Virus record (IMG/VR): IMGVR_UViG_3300030330_004160
Location: 96,001-160,000 of that record
DNA: 64,000 bases
From: a virus
Taxonomy: Duplodnaviria; Caudoviricetes
Reading direction: 5' to 3' (one strand)
Shown here: positions 9,262 to 19,158 of the stretch, piece by piece
Numbering within the stretch: position 1 is the first letter of the stretch
How the letters are laid out: each line of letters begins with the position of its first letter
Made by a program: the position numbers and the translations under genes
The notes under the pieces: model-generated
Database searches by the model: none
Seen by the model: the letters and a program-made list of their open reading frames with translations, nothing else
Told to the model about the DNA's origin: nothing

Positions 9262-10057
9262 TAAGAAAAGAAATACCGCTTTTCTTTACGAATCATTGAT
9301 AAGAGAATATACATCATCAATAGTAAAGGAGAATGTTAAAAAACAAAATATTATTAAAAATATTTTAAAAGAGTTTTTCTCAAAGGATAAACCTCTAAAG
9401 AAAGAATTGGACGTTTACAACGCCCTGCTGGAGTATAGATCCAACAACAGATCAGAGTGTTATCGCATGATGTATGAAGTTAAAAAAGACTTCTTCTCTT
9501 TAGATCGGAAGAAAATCTTCAATGAGCAAACTAAACTAATAAAGACAATCAATGAAACATTGTCAAATAAATTTTTTGCTACTTTTCTTTCCAATTACAG
9601 AAACATAGCCACCATAGGACAATTTTTAAACGCAGATAATCTACAAGCCAAACAAAGAATTATATTGGAAGACAAAACGTTTAATCTCCTTTCTTCCACC
9701 AGAGAAAAACAAAAAGAAATACAGCACATTGACAATTTAACATTTAAGACTTTTATTGACAAATTTAATGAAACTTATGAAAACAGCCTAAGACAAGAGC
9801 AGAAAACATTGCTTACATATTATATAACTTCTTTTGCAAACAATGGTCTTGAACTTAAGTGCTACATTAATGAAGAACTAGGCAGGATTAAGACCAAGGT
9901 TGATTCAAATATAAAACAAGGACTGTTTGTTGAGAGGTTCAATCTTGTCTTAAAGAAGATAGAAGACTTCTCCAAGACGCCAGTCAATGAAGACATGATC
10001 AAAGAAGTGTTTTACTTGCAAGACTTAGTGTATGAGGTAAGCAAAAATGACAGTTAA
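9245..10057 (+). CDS. Hypothetical head-module protein
   Basis: 270-aa ORF overlapping portal end. Confidence 0.75.
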   Translation: MKMKHNKKRNTAFLYESLIREYTSSIVKENVKKQNIIKNILKEFFSKDKPLKKELDVYNALLEYRSNNRSECYRMMYEVKKDFFSLDRKKIFNEQTKLIKTINETLSNKFFATFLSNYRNIATIGQFLNADNLQAKQRIILEDKTFNLLSSTREKQKEIQHIDNLTFKTFIDKFNETYENSLRQEQKTLLTYYITSFANNGLELKCYINEELGRIKTKVDSNIKQGLFVERFNLVLKKIEDFSKTPVNEDMIKEVFYLQDLVYEVSKNDS

Positions 10058-10619
10058 TGTTGCAATCACACCACCACCTGTTCAAGTCAAGATACAGAAG
10101 AAAATAATAGCAGAGTTCCATCTAGACGCCAGAGAAGCGTTGAACGGCGACATTATGATATTTGATCACAAAGACATTGACATTATGTATCTTAAGGAGC
10201 AAAATAAAGTTGTCGCTTTTGCAAAAGACTTAATGAGCGAAGCAGTCTACGGCGCAGAGAATCGCTTGATGACTTTTTTGAGAAAAAAAGGAATCATCGC
10301 ATATGATTCAATTCAAGGAGGAAATGTATACGGCTCCATTGAAGCACAAGTGCTAAAGTCAGAATCAGTAAACTTGCTTCGTGTAACTCTTAAAAACATA
10401 TCTGAATGGATTGAAAGTGAAAGACCTTACTTTGAAGCCGCAGAGGATTATGAACAAGCGATAGAAGACAGCCTCGCCGATCCTCCCAATGACGAGACCA
10501 CCCCTCTAGGTAAAGTACCACAAGAGGCAGAGAAGGGCTCTATAAATCAAAAAGGTATGCACTCGCCATACTATTATGGGCAGTACCTTTATGAAAGCAA
10601 TGAGCCGGAGGTTAAGTGA
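10047..10619 (+). CDS. Hypothetical head-module protein
   Basis: SD GAGG; overlapping operon organisation. Confidence 0.75.
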   Translation: MTVNVAITPPPVQVKIQKKIIAEFHLDAREALNGDIMIFDHKDIDIMYLKEQNKVVAFAKDLMSEAVYGAENRLMTFLRKKGIIAYDSIQGGNVYGSIEAQVLKSESVNLLRVTLKNISEWIESERPYFEAAEDYEQAIEDSLADPPNDETTPLGKVPQEAEKGSINQKGMHSPYYYGQYLYESNEPEVK

Positions 10620-10963
10620 ACGTTCAATTTTTGGAGGTCGACATGGGACTGTTTTGGTTTATTTTAGCATGCTACGGCTTCACTCAAATATTAGTTTACG
10701 GAAAAATATTTGACTCCATTAGACCTAGTAAAGAAGCTTTTCGTGGATGGGGACTAGTCTTTCATTGTCCAATGTGCATGGGTTTCTGGGTTGGGATGCT
10801 TTTATTTTTCTTAAATGGCTTCACGGAACTATTTACATTTGAACTAACTATAGGCAATATGTTCATTTGCGGCTGGCTATCATCTGGAACATCTTACATC
10901 TTATCGATGCTATTTGATGATAACGGCCTAAGAATCAGCACAAAGGAGATTGATGATGAATAA
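10616..10963 (+). CDS. DUF1360-like membrane protein (start may be ATG 10643)
   Basis: Hydrophobic segments, CPMCMGFW motif. Confidence 0.65.
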   Translation: MNVQFLEVDMGLFWFILACYGFTQILVYGKIFDSIRPSKEAFRGWGLVFHCPMCMGFWVGMLLFFLNGFTELFTFELTIGNMFICGWLSSGTSYILSMLFDDNGLRISTKEIDDE

Positions 10964-11021
10964 TGCATGGACCCAGAAGTGGATGCTTCAACCAGTGCGT
11001 CATTGTTGCCGAGGATCTTAA
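10953..11021 (+). CDS. 22-aa micro-ORF MMNNAWTQKWMLQPVRHCCRGS
   Basis: SD AGGAG 10944-10948; fills gap before protease; followed by hairpin 11024-11040. Confidence 0.4.
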   Translation: MMNNAWTQKWMLQPVRHCCRGS

Positions 11022-11057
11022 CTCGGGCGGGTAGCGCCCGTATTATTAAGGAAAGTT

Positions 11058-11672
11058 ATGAAAAATTTATTAACAGAATATTTTGAATTGTGCCCTGATG
11101 GTATTTGTTTAGATCTTTTAACCGAGAGAGAAAAGCAAGAAGTTTCCATGGGTGCAATGTATCTAACAGGCATTCTTCAAGCCGCTGATAAGAAAAATGG
11201 TAATGGAAGGAAGTATCCCTACAAGACCCTTAAGAGAGAAATGGACAACTATGCTAAAATAGTACAAGATAGACGCGCCTGTGGTGAACTTGATCATCCA
11301 GATGATTCTGTTATTAACTTAAAAAATGTTTCTCACATGGTTACAGAAGTGTGGTGGGACGGCAAGAATGTAATGGGCAAGATCAAAATTCTTGATACCC
11401 CATCAGGCCGCACTGTTAAAGACTTGATCAATGCCGGCGTAAAGCTTGGGATCTCCTCTCGGGGCATGGGCTCTGTTAGAGAAATGATGGGCGAAACGGT
11501 TGTTGAAGATGATTTCCAACTCATATGTTTTGACATAGTATCAGAACCATCTACACCAGATGCATATGTGTATCCGGACAGTCAGAAAAAATCTACTATT
11601 TACCAAACTCGTATTGCCGAAAATAAACAAAACATTATTGATAATTTATTTAAAAAGATTCTTAAGGATTAA
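11058..11672 (+). CDS. Prohead protease (T4 gp21-like)
   Basis: N.NGR.YP, GELDHP, VSH, GISSRG.GS, FDIVSEPSTPDA. Confidence 0.96.
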   Translation: MKNLLTEYFELCPDGICLDLLTEREKQEVSMGAMYLTGILQAADKKNGNGRKYPYKTLKREMDNYAKIVQDRRACGELDHPDDSVINLKNVSHMVTEVWWDGKNVMGKIKILDTPSGRTVKDLINAGVKLGISSRGMGSVREMMGETVVEDDFQLICFDIVSEPSTPDAYVYPDSQKKSTIYQTRIAENKQNIIDNLFKKILKD

Positions 11673-11673
11673 A

Positions 11674-12093
11674 ATGAAGAAAGAAGAACTAAAAACGATT
11701 TTAAAGCCCTTGATTAAAGAGTGCATCAAGGAGGTGATTTTCGAAGATGGTACTCTTTCCACTGTCATTAGTGAGGTGGTTAAGGGACTCGGAAATCCTT
11801 TAACCGAGTCCCGCACCGCTCCTCCTATGCATGAAAATAAACATGTTAGAGAAACCGATGAACAATCCAAAACTCGTTTAAGCAAGATGAATGAGAAAAA
11901 AAGAAGAATGCTAGACGCCATTGGTAACGATGCCTACAATGGAGTAAATCTTTTTGAAGGCACAACACCAGCGCCTGCTCCGACTCAGCCGAGCCATGGC
12001 CCACTGTCGGGTGTTAGTTCTAATGACCCAGGCGTTGATATTTCATCTTTTTCGCAATCCTCAGAGATATGGAAAAAATTGGCAGGAAACTAA
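11674..12093 (+). CDS. Hypothetical head-associated protein
   Basis: ATG directly after protease stop; ACTATTTA at 11595. Confidence 0.75.
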   Translation: MKKEELKTILKPLIKECIKEVIFEDGTLSTVISEVVKGLGNPLTESRTAPPMHENKHVRETDEQSKTRLSKMNEKKRRMLDAIGNDAYNGVNLFEGTTPAPAPTQPSHGPLSGVSSNDPGVDISSFSQSSEIWKKLAGN

Positions 12094-12094
12094 T

Positions 12095-12328
12095 ATGGCT
12101 ACAAATTTAACAATCAAAAGAAGAAGAAATGAACCGGCCGACAAATTAGTCAAACGCTTCATTCGAAAAACTAAAAAATCAGGAATTATTGACGAAGTTA
12201 AAGAAAGAAGATACTTTAAAAAACCCTCTGAGAGAAAGCGTGAAGCGAGAAGGAGGGCTATAGCAAGGCAAAAGAAAGAGATTCTCAAAGCAAACAAACT
12301 GCAAAAAAGGTTAGGAAATGGCAAATAA
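12095..12328 (+). CDS. rpsU: Ribosomal protein bS21
   Basis: E..DKLVKRF.RK.KKSGIIDEVKERRYFKKPSERKRE.RRRA.AR. Confidence 0.92.
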   Translation: MATNLTIKRRRNEPADKLVKRFIRKTKKSGIIDEVKERRYFKKPSERKREARRRAIARQKKEILKANKLQKRLGNGK

Positions 12329-12773
12329 TATATACACAGCAGGTCTATGGAGCACCGGCCCTTATCAAGTTAGTGGAATGCCATTCATTAGTGGCAACAT
12401 TGATGTCAGCGCTGCTGGTCCTGATGGGATCAAGATTGAATTTCCATATGTGACTTCGTGGATACAGATTTACAATTTAGATGTAACTCCTGTAAACATT
12501 GCTTTTTCAAAAAATGGATTGCAAACTAACAACTTCTTTCAAGTCACTGATGCTTTTCGTCAAGGCCAAGGGGGCCGAGCAAAAAACTTCACTGGCCCAA
12601 TGAAACTTAAGGTTACTGAGATTTGGCTCTCAGCATCGGAAGGCATTAATATAGATCCTGCCTTGTGCAGAGATGTTGATATTGTTGCTGGGTTGACTTA
12701 TATACCGGTCAAGCAAGTTACCGCCATTTCCCCTTCGGGTTCCAACTGGTCAGGTTCAGTGGGGGTTGGGTAA
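12318..12773 (+). CDS. Small virion protein, paralogue 1 of 4
   Basis: MANNIY..YQVSG.PF, FPYVTSW, LKVTE.WLS, AGLT.IP, SPSGSNWSGSVGVG*. Confidence 0.8.
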   Translation: MANNIYTAGLWSTGPYQVSGMPFISGNIDVSAAGPDGIKIEFPYVTSWIQIYNLDVTPVNIAFSKNGLQTNNFFQVTDAFRQGQGGRAKNFTGPMKLKVTEIWLSASEGINIDPALCRDVDIVAGLTYIPVKQVTAISPSGSNWSGSVGVG

Positions 12774-13210
12774 TGGCAAACAATATTTATACAGTAGGGC
12801 TCAATCATGTTGGATCCTATCAGTCATCAGGCATGCCGTTTTGTTCGGGTAACATTGATGTAAATTCTTACGGCCCAGCGGGAGTTAAAATTGAGTTCCC
12901 GTATGTAACGAACTGGGTTAAGGTTGGCAATAATCACATTGAAGGTACATCTGGTGATTTTCCTTTATATGTCGGTTTTTCTCAAGAAGGGGTTCAAGGA
13001 ACAAATTATTACAAAGTGTTGAATCCAGAGGTAGCGCAAAGAAACTACCCATCTACAAACATTTGGAGAGTAAAAGTCACTGAAATATGGTTATCTGGTA
13101 GTTGTGCGACTGGCTCTATTATAGCCGGCCTAACAAACATTCCAACTAAACAGGTCACAGCAGTATCGCCTTCGGGATCTAACTGGTCTGGGTCTATAGG
13201 AGTAGGGTAA
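12773..13210 (+). CDS. Small virion protein, paralogue 2 of 4
   Basis: Same motifs; TAATG coupling. Confidence 0.8.
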   Translation: MANNIYTVGLNHVGSYQSSGMPFCSGNIDVNSYGPAGVKIEFPYVTNWVKVGNNHIEGTSGDFPLYVGFSQEGVQGTNYYKVLNPEVAQRNYPSTNIWRVKVTEIWLSGSCATGSIIAGLTNIPTKQVTAVSPSGSNWSGSIGVG

Positions 13211-13665
13211 TGGCAAAGAATATTTATACAGTGGGACTCAATCATGTTGGATCCTATCAAGTTAGTGGCGCACCATTCGCAACTGGCTCCATCGACATCA
13301 CGGCCGCAGGTTCTGCCGGTGTGCAAATACAATTTCCATATGTAACAAGTTGGATTCAAATAATCCAAATGAATACACTTGATTTGACTCAAAGAAATAT
13401 GCCTCTTTTTGTCGCTATGAATCAGAATGCGCTGGGAACCAATAATAGTTTTAGAGTACAATTATATGAAGGCGGACAAGGAAGTCCGATGAGTGATGTA
13501 TTGCCTTGGAAGATAACAGAACTTTGGCTTTCAGGGTCCGGAGAAACAGGACAACAGCAGATAACTGCTTATGTTGTCGCAGGGTTGACTAACATTCCGA
13601 CCAAGTACGTTACAGTAATATCGCCCTCTGGATCTAACTGGTCTGGCTCTGTTGGAGTGGGTTAA
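13210..13665 (+). CDS. Small virion protein, paralogue 3 of 4
   Basis: Same motifs; TAATG coupling. Confidence 0.8.
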   Translation: MAKNIYTVGLNHVGSYQVSGAPFATGSIDITAAGSAGVQIQFPYVTSWIQIIQMNTLDLTQRNMPLFVAMNQNALGTNNSFRVQLYEGGQGSPMSDVLPWKITELWLSGSGETGQQQITAYVVAGLTNIPTKYVTVISPSGSNWSGSVGVG

Positions 13666-13678
13666 AATAACAAATTTA

Positions 13679-13686
13679 ACTATTTA
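13679..13686 (+). promoter_or_regulatory. Putative late promoter ACTATTTA
   Basis: Intergenic, 18 nt before ATG 13705. Confidence 0.65.
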
Positions 13687-13704
13687 TTTTATTAGGAAAA
13701 AACA

Positions 13705-14124
13705 ATGGCAAACAATATATATCAAGCAGGATTAAATCAAGTAGGCTCCTACCAAGTCTCTGGGGTGCCTTATGTTACTGGAACTTTAAATCCAAATGCC
13801 GCTGGCCCGGCAGGATTAAAAATTGAATTTCCATATGTCACTTCATGGATAGAAATTTTAAATTATGATACTACAAGTCCAGTATCAGTTGGCTTTTCAT
13901 CACTTGGAGTTCAAGGGACAAATTATTTCAATGTAATAAGAAATAGCAACAACAGAGGTGATCCTACTAGTCATGTTTTACCTCTTAAGGTTACTGAACT
14001 GTATCTTTCTGGAGCGTCTCAAGATTGCGCTGTTATCGCAGGGTTAACTTATATTCCGATCAAACAGGTCACAGTTGTTTCTCCTTCTGGTTCTAACTGG
14101 TCTGGCTCCGTTGGAGTTGGCTAG
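13705..14124 (+). CDS. Small virion protein, paralogue 4 of 4
   Basis: Same motifs. Confidence 0.8.
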   Translation: MANNIYQAGLNQVGSYQVSGVPYVTGTLNPNAAGPAGLKIEFPYVTSWIEILNYDTTSPVSVGFSSLGVQGTNYFNVIRNSNNRGDPTSHVLPLKVTELYLSGASQDCAVIAGLTYIPIKQVTVVSPSGSNWSGSVGVG

Positions 14125-14142
14125 TAAAGTGAAGGAGTTAGT

Positions 14143-17100
14143 ATGTCAGAATTTGGTTGGGCATATGTAGGCGGCGAGATTGTAAGGCAGACCGGAGGGC
14201 CCTCTGGATCTGTTCAGTTAAAGGGATCAACGGACACGGAATTGACCGGTAGTCAATCTTTTGTGTTTGATGCTTCGACTAACACTTTAAACATCACAGG
14301 TACTGTGAATGTTTCTGGCACTCTTAACGCTAATGAATTCAACTTAAACGTTGTCAATAAATCAGTTTCTAATATTACCGTGTCTGGGTCTACTAATTTT
14401 GGTGATACCACCGATGACTTGCATAGACTGACCGGTAGTTTTATTGTCTCTGGTGCGGCCAACACATTAATAAGCGCCGATGCATCCACAGGCCGAATTG
14501 GAATAGGGCTGACAGGGTCTGAGGTTCCAAGTAAACTTCTTCATGTATATGGAGATGTAAAAATTGAGGGCACTTTGCATGGTGGGTCTCCTCTTCAAAT
14601 CGCTGGTGGTGTTACTCTGCAAGACGGCGCACTCAACGCACTCAACAGTTCGATTAGTGCAATCGCTTTTACGGGCTCCGGCGGTGCCTTAACAGATCTA
14701 CCTGTCCAGACGTATACAAATGCCGTTAACAATAGGCTGCTAACTTCCGCAGGCTCTGGCAGTGTCAACGCAGAAACAAACTTAACGTTTGATGGGTCTG
14801 TACTTAATGTATCCGGATCAAAGCAGACTTTGAACGTTGATACTAGTACTGGTAGAGTTGCAATAAACACAGGCAGTGCGAACTATGAGTTAGAAGTTGC
14901 TGGTGATATTGGCCTTGGTGCGACCTTGTTCCACAATGGGGACGAGGATACTAAGTTTGTATATCAGGACAATCGAATCACACTTCATGCTGGTGGAGTA
15001 TCGTCAATTGATATTCGTGGAGATTTGACTCCCAAGAGAATTGACATTGGAGATTACGATTTTAAGATTAGTGGCTCTGATGGAACGACGCTATATTCAG
15101 ATTATAGCGAAAGAAAAATTGGAATAAAAACAGAGTCTCCAACTCACGATTTATCAGTGTCAGGCACAATGGCTGTGTCTGGTAGCACTGTCTTTGAAAA
15201 CCAAGTTGCCATGTCGGGCAACTTAAATCTATATAGCACCCTGTCGTCATCCTCGCCAATCACAGCATCGTTCTTTATTGGAGACGGATCAAAAATAACA
15301 GGGGTTACCGGAGAGTGGGATGGCTCCCACAATGGAGATGGAGCAATAACTGGCTCTCTTGTGGTCTCTTCTTCGACCGGACTAATGATAGATGCTGATG
15401 CGTCCACCGGTAGAGTTGGGATAGGAACCTCAAGTCCTCAAAAGCTACTACATGTTGCAGGGGAGACTAGATTAGATGGCATACTATATGGGGGCACAAC
15501 TTTGGAGTTGGGCACCAATACTAATGTCACCGGCGCTTTCTCTGCAAGTCTAAATATTAGCGCATCGGGCTTTTTCGGATCAGGGACAGGACTGACCAGT
15601 CTCCCAGTCCAAACATATAATAATGCCTCCAACAACAGAATACTTACCTCAGTCGATGCCGATACGATTCAAGGCGAGGCCAACTTAACATTCGATGGGT
15701 CAATATTGAATGTATCAGGCACTGAACAGACATTAAATGTTAACACTTCTACTGGTCGCGTTGCGATCAATACAGGGAGTTCAAACTACGAACTTGAAGT
15801 CAATGGAGATATTGGTTTAGGTGCTAGTCTTTTTCACAATGGAGACGAAGACACGAAGTATGTATACCAAGACAATAGAATAACTTTGTTCGCCGGTGGA
15901 TCTAGTGCGATAGACATTCGTGGAGACACTAGTCCAAAAAGAATAACTTTTGGAGCCTTTGATTTACAGGTCACCGGATCCACCAGTATGTCTGGTAACG
16001 TGTCTTTGCAAAATAATCTAACCGCATCAGGCCATGTCTCTGCTTCTAACTTTTATGGAAACTTCTACGGCGACGGAACCAATATCACCGGAGTTACAGC
16101 AGAGTGGGATGGATCTCACACAGGAAGTGCCGGCATCTCTGGCTCCCTTAGCATATCTGGTAGCACTAACCCTTTAAGTCTATTCGGCCTCCAAGCAGGC
16201 ACAGCCACAACAAGTAGTTACTTAGCCGTGGCAGCAGACGGGACAATAGTAACAACCAGTTCAGTTGGGACTGATGAGATCGGAGCAGCGGAAGATGGAT
16301 CTTATGCTGATGGGCTATTCACAGATTTCACCAACAATACAAAAATAGGAACAGCGATTGATCGATTTAACGAAATATTGAAAGCCTTGGCTCCTTCTCC
16401 TGCTCCGTCTCTAGATGATATAAGTTGCACTGACACTGGACAATCGGGCAAGTTATCATTTGGATCAAGCCTAGCAATCGGCGGCTACACAAATGTCAGT
16501 ACGGCTGCTGGGTTTTCTGCTGTGGATGCGAACGGCACATACTCTACGAGCACTAGTAACAACAATTTAAGAAAAGGATTGTTTAATGGCTCAACAATAA
16601 TCAATGGAGTGTTAAATGCCGATGTCGTATCAAATGGCTCTAACCCGAATCATCCGGCTGATTCGTTCGGCGACGCTGACCAAGGAGCGCTAAGATTAGA
16701 GGTCAACGGTACAATAATACACACAGCCTCATTGACAGATGCTGCTGTAGGCTCTGGATCTCCTGGCTCCGGAGGAGGTACGTCTTTAAATTCATCAGGC
16801 TCTGGTTTCTTCAATCTTAGTCAAACCGCCAGTGCTCATTTTGACGATGGTACTGAACTTGATGTTTTCCAGCACAGAACAGGTGAATGGAAAGTCCACC
16901 CAGACGACCAAAGAAATGGCTGGAATTACGCTAGAATCTTACACACTATCTCTGGTGTTGATACCACAACTAATTATGTAGAATGGGTTAACGATCCGGA
17001 TAGCAATGCACTAGCGGAGAGCAATGCATCATTTACTGGTTTGAGTATGACCGGACTCCTTTATATTTCCGGAGTTAAATACTTTACGGGAGGAACAGCA

Positions 17101-18018
17101 ACTTATAACGTAGATGTCGCTAACGCTTATAAAAACACTTACTCAACCTCAAATGTAACTTTTACAACCGTAAAATGTTCCATTTCTGCTCAAGCGATGC
17201 CATCAATCGGCGGAGGAGAGAATTCAAGTAAAAATCTTCCAATCACTGGTGCAGCGACAATCACGTCAGACAATATATTTAATGGATCAATTTCCGCTCG
17301 TGCAGTTGTGTCTCATCCGCTTAAGAGCAATCTTTCAACCAGTAACCTGTCAATATCAAATATTTTATTGTACAATATAGGTAGCACCTCAACTGTGGTC
17401 TCAGAGACATTCCGCAGAGAAAATTATAGAATGGTTTCAGGCAGTTATGCAAACCAATCCAATGTGACCGACTCAGACAACAGTTGGAACTCATCTGGCT
17501 CTTTGGACAGTAATGATGGCTTAATGGTTTACAACTTCGCCCTTCGCTCTCCAAGTCAAGGTGCCAATAGTGGAAACTTTAGTACAATATCAAACGGCCC
17601 AGGAAGTAATGTAAATTATTCTGGTATAACTTCGGGTACGAGAACTTACTATAGGAAATTCCAGAACAACTCAGGAGGATCAAAAACTAATTTCGACCTA
17701 ACTATACAAGGTAGTGGAACTATAGTTTCACAAGGAACCTCCTTGAACTCCTCTAGAATTCACGTTTTGGTAAAACTCCCAACAACCAGCAACAGCCAAG
17801 AGACTGGGTGGATGGATCTGGCGACAGCCTTTTCCACAGGTCAGACTGGTGATGGTGATGGCTGCTTGGTGGGCTCACTTGACAGTTCTTTAAATGCCAC
17901 GAACGAAGTTACTTTCGGCACAGAATTTGCTAGTGCAAATGATTACATTATGGTGAAGATAGAGGCAGATGCATCTTGGACGGGGAACATCAGCGCAATG
18001 TCAGTGAGTTGGTCGTAG
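14143..18018 (+). CDS. Long Ser/Gly/Thr-rich fibre (tail or head fibre) protein
   Basis: GRVGIGTSSP..LLHV.G fibre repeats, NLTFDG motifs, internal duplication. Confidence 0.8.
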   Translation: MSEFGWAYVGGEIVRQTGGPSGSVQLKGSTDTELTGSQSFVFDASTNTLNITGTVNVSGTLNANEFNLNVVNKSVSNITVSGSTNFGDTTDDLHRLTGSFIVSGAANTLISADASTGRIGIGLTGSEVPSKLLHVYGDVKIEGTLHGGSPLQIAGGVTLQDGALNALNSSISAIAFTGSGGALTDLPVQTYTNAVNNRLLTSAGSGSVNAETNLTFDGSVLNVSGSKQTLNVDTSTGRVAINTGSANYELEVAGDIGLGATLFHNGDEDTKFVYQDNRITLHAGGVSSIDIRGDLTPKRIDIGDYDFKISGSDGTTLYSDYSERKIGIKTESPTHDLSVSGTMAVSGSTVFENQVAMSGNLNLYSTLSSSSPITASFFIGDGSKITGVTGEWDGSHNGDGAITGSLVVSSSTGLMIDADASTGRVGIGTSSPQKLLHVAGETRLDGILYGGTTLELGTNTNVTGAFSASLNISASGFFGSGTGLTSLPVQTYNNASNNRILTSVDADTIQGEANLTFDGSILNVSGTEQTLNVNTSTGRVAINTGSSNYELEVNGDIGLGASLFHNGDEDTKYVYQDNRITLFAGGSSAIDIRGDTSPKRITFGAFDLQVTGSTSMSGNVSLQNNLTASGHVSASNFYGNFYGDGTNITGVTAEWDGSHTGSAGISGSLSISGSTNPLSLFGLQAGTATTSSYLAVAADGTIVTTSSVGTDEIGAAEDGSYADGLFTDFTNNTKIGTAIDRFNEILKALAPSPAPSLDDISCTDTGQSGKLSFGSSLAIGGYTNVSTAAGFSAVDANGTYSTSTSNNNLRKGLFNGSTIINGVLNADVVSNGSNPNHPADSFGDADQGALRLEVNGTIIHTASLTDAAVGSGSPGSGGGTSLNSSGSGFFNLSQTASAHFDDGTELDVFQHRTGEWKVHPDDQRNGWNYARILHTISGVDTTTNYVEWVNDPDSNALAESNASFTGLSMTGLLYISGVKYFTGGTATYNVDVANAYKNTYSTSNVTFTTVKCSISAQAMPSIGGGENSSKNLPITGAATITSDNIFNGSISARAVVSHPLKSNLSTSNLSISNILLYNIGSTSTVVSETFRRENYRMVSGSYANQSNVTDSDNSWNSSGSLDSNDGLMVYNFALRSPSQGANSGNFSTISNGPGSNVNYSGITSGTRTYYRKFQNNSGGSKTNFDLTIQGSGTIVSQGTSLNSSRIHVLVKLPTTSNSQETGWMDLATAFSTGQTGDGDGCLVGSLDSSLNATNEVTFGTEFASANDYIMVKIEADASWTGNISAMSVSWS
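14698..15945 (+). repeat. Internal duplication in fibre gene (14698-15042 vs 15601-15945; 903-bp period)
   Basis: LPVQTY.NA.NNR.LTS...NLTFDGS.LNVSG...FHNGDEDTK.VYQDNRITL.AGG...PKRI occurs twice. Confidence 0.9.
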
Positions 18019-18019
18019 C

Positions 18020-19045
18020 ATGTCTTATTCTTCAACAACAGAAAGAAATATAGCACTCAAAAAGTTGCTTGGTAAGGCGCAAACCTCCAACGACAAAGGC
18101 TTGCCCAACGAAGCGATATCCTCTGGGATATCTCTAAAACATTCAACAATATTTGGCGAGACAGTACCAACAGGGTCGATTTCCACATCTTTGTATAGCA
18201 TAACCAACGCTACAGTTGAAAAGGTCAGGATGGTTGCTACCTTCATAGAAGGGTCGGACACCTCTGATGGGAGACATGCTTTCGCTCTAAGTCTGCCAAG
18301 CGATTATCAAGTTTCATCTTCAAATCCGTCCCGTGGGACTGGTTCTTATGTCAACAGTAGAAAGATCCACGAATCCAACGGAACATTGCAGTTGGTCCCT
18401 AATGCTTTCGCATCAGCCTACGAAGCCGTGCCCTATTATGGCGCTTCAGGGTCCCTAACTCAGATACCGGTGCTTGATGCAAGAGATTGGAATATGGATT
18501 ACTTCAATGGCATCTTATTCCAACAAGATCCACCAGGCACTGGAGATCATGCCAATAATCCAACTTTTGTTGATGTTTATTTATATATTGGTGATTATTT
18601 AGATACTGTTGTTTCATCTAGTTCTGGTGGTGCGGTTTCTAGTGTTGCAAACGGAGCAGACAACAGAGTAGCAACGTTCAGTGGCGCAAACACTTTAAAT
18701 GGCGAGGCCAATTTAACTTTTGATGGCTCAAAAATAGCTATAAATAGTGGCGTCGTCTTCAAAAGAACCGCAGTCACCACAACCATGACAGCGTCAGCCA
18801 GCGACTACATACTCGCAGTTTCTGCTTCTTCGAACATAATCGTGCAGTTACCAGACGCATCCAACCTTACTAGCGGACAAGCATATATCATCAAAGATGA
18901 GGGCGGGAACGCAGGTTCCAACCCAATACAAGTCAAAGCCTCTTCATCTCAAACCATCGATGGAGAAGCATCGGTAACTCTAGAGTCACCCTACGCAGCC
19001 ATAAATGTTTACACAAATGGCACAGATAAATTCTTTATCTACTGA
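18020..19045 (+). CDS. Fibre-associated structural protein
   Basis: GEANLTFDGS motif shared with upstream fibre; C-terminal LP.AS..G..IKD..TIDG domain. Confidence 0.75.
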   Translation: MSYSSTTERNIALKKLLGKAQTSNDKGLPNEAISSGISLKHSTIFGETVPTGSISTSLYSITNATVEKVRMVATFIEGSDTSDGRHAFALSLPSDYQVSSSNPSRGTGSYVNSRKIHESNGTLQLVPNAFASAYEAVPYYGASGSLTQIPVLDARDWNMDYFNGILFQQDPPGTGDHANNPTFVDVYLYIGDYLDTVVSSSSGGAVSSVANGADNRVATFSGANTLNGEANLTFDGSKIAINSGVVFKRTAVTTTMTASASDYILAVSASSNIIVQLPDASNLTSGQAYIIKDEGGNAGSNPIQVKASSSQTIDGEASVTLESPYAAINVYTNGTDKFFIY

Positions 19046-19158
19046 TCTGTTTTCACATATGGATGCTATGTAATGATGTATGTGTGCTTTGTTTCTTCTC
19101 TCTCGCCAACTGGTGACATAGAGGCATAAACAAAGTTTTCAAATGGAGGAAAATACAC

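Noticed and set aside
12318-14124. Periodic repeats as a CRISPR array or invertible shufflon
   Set aside because: Repeats are conserved protein termini with synonymous divergence, all in the same orientation; no cas or recombinase gene nearby
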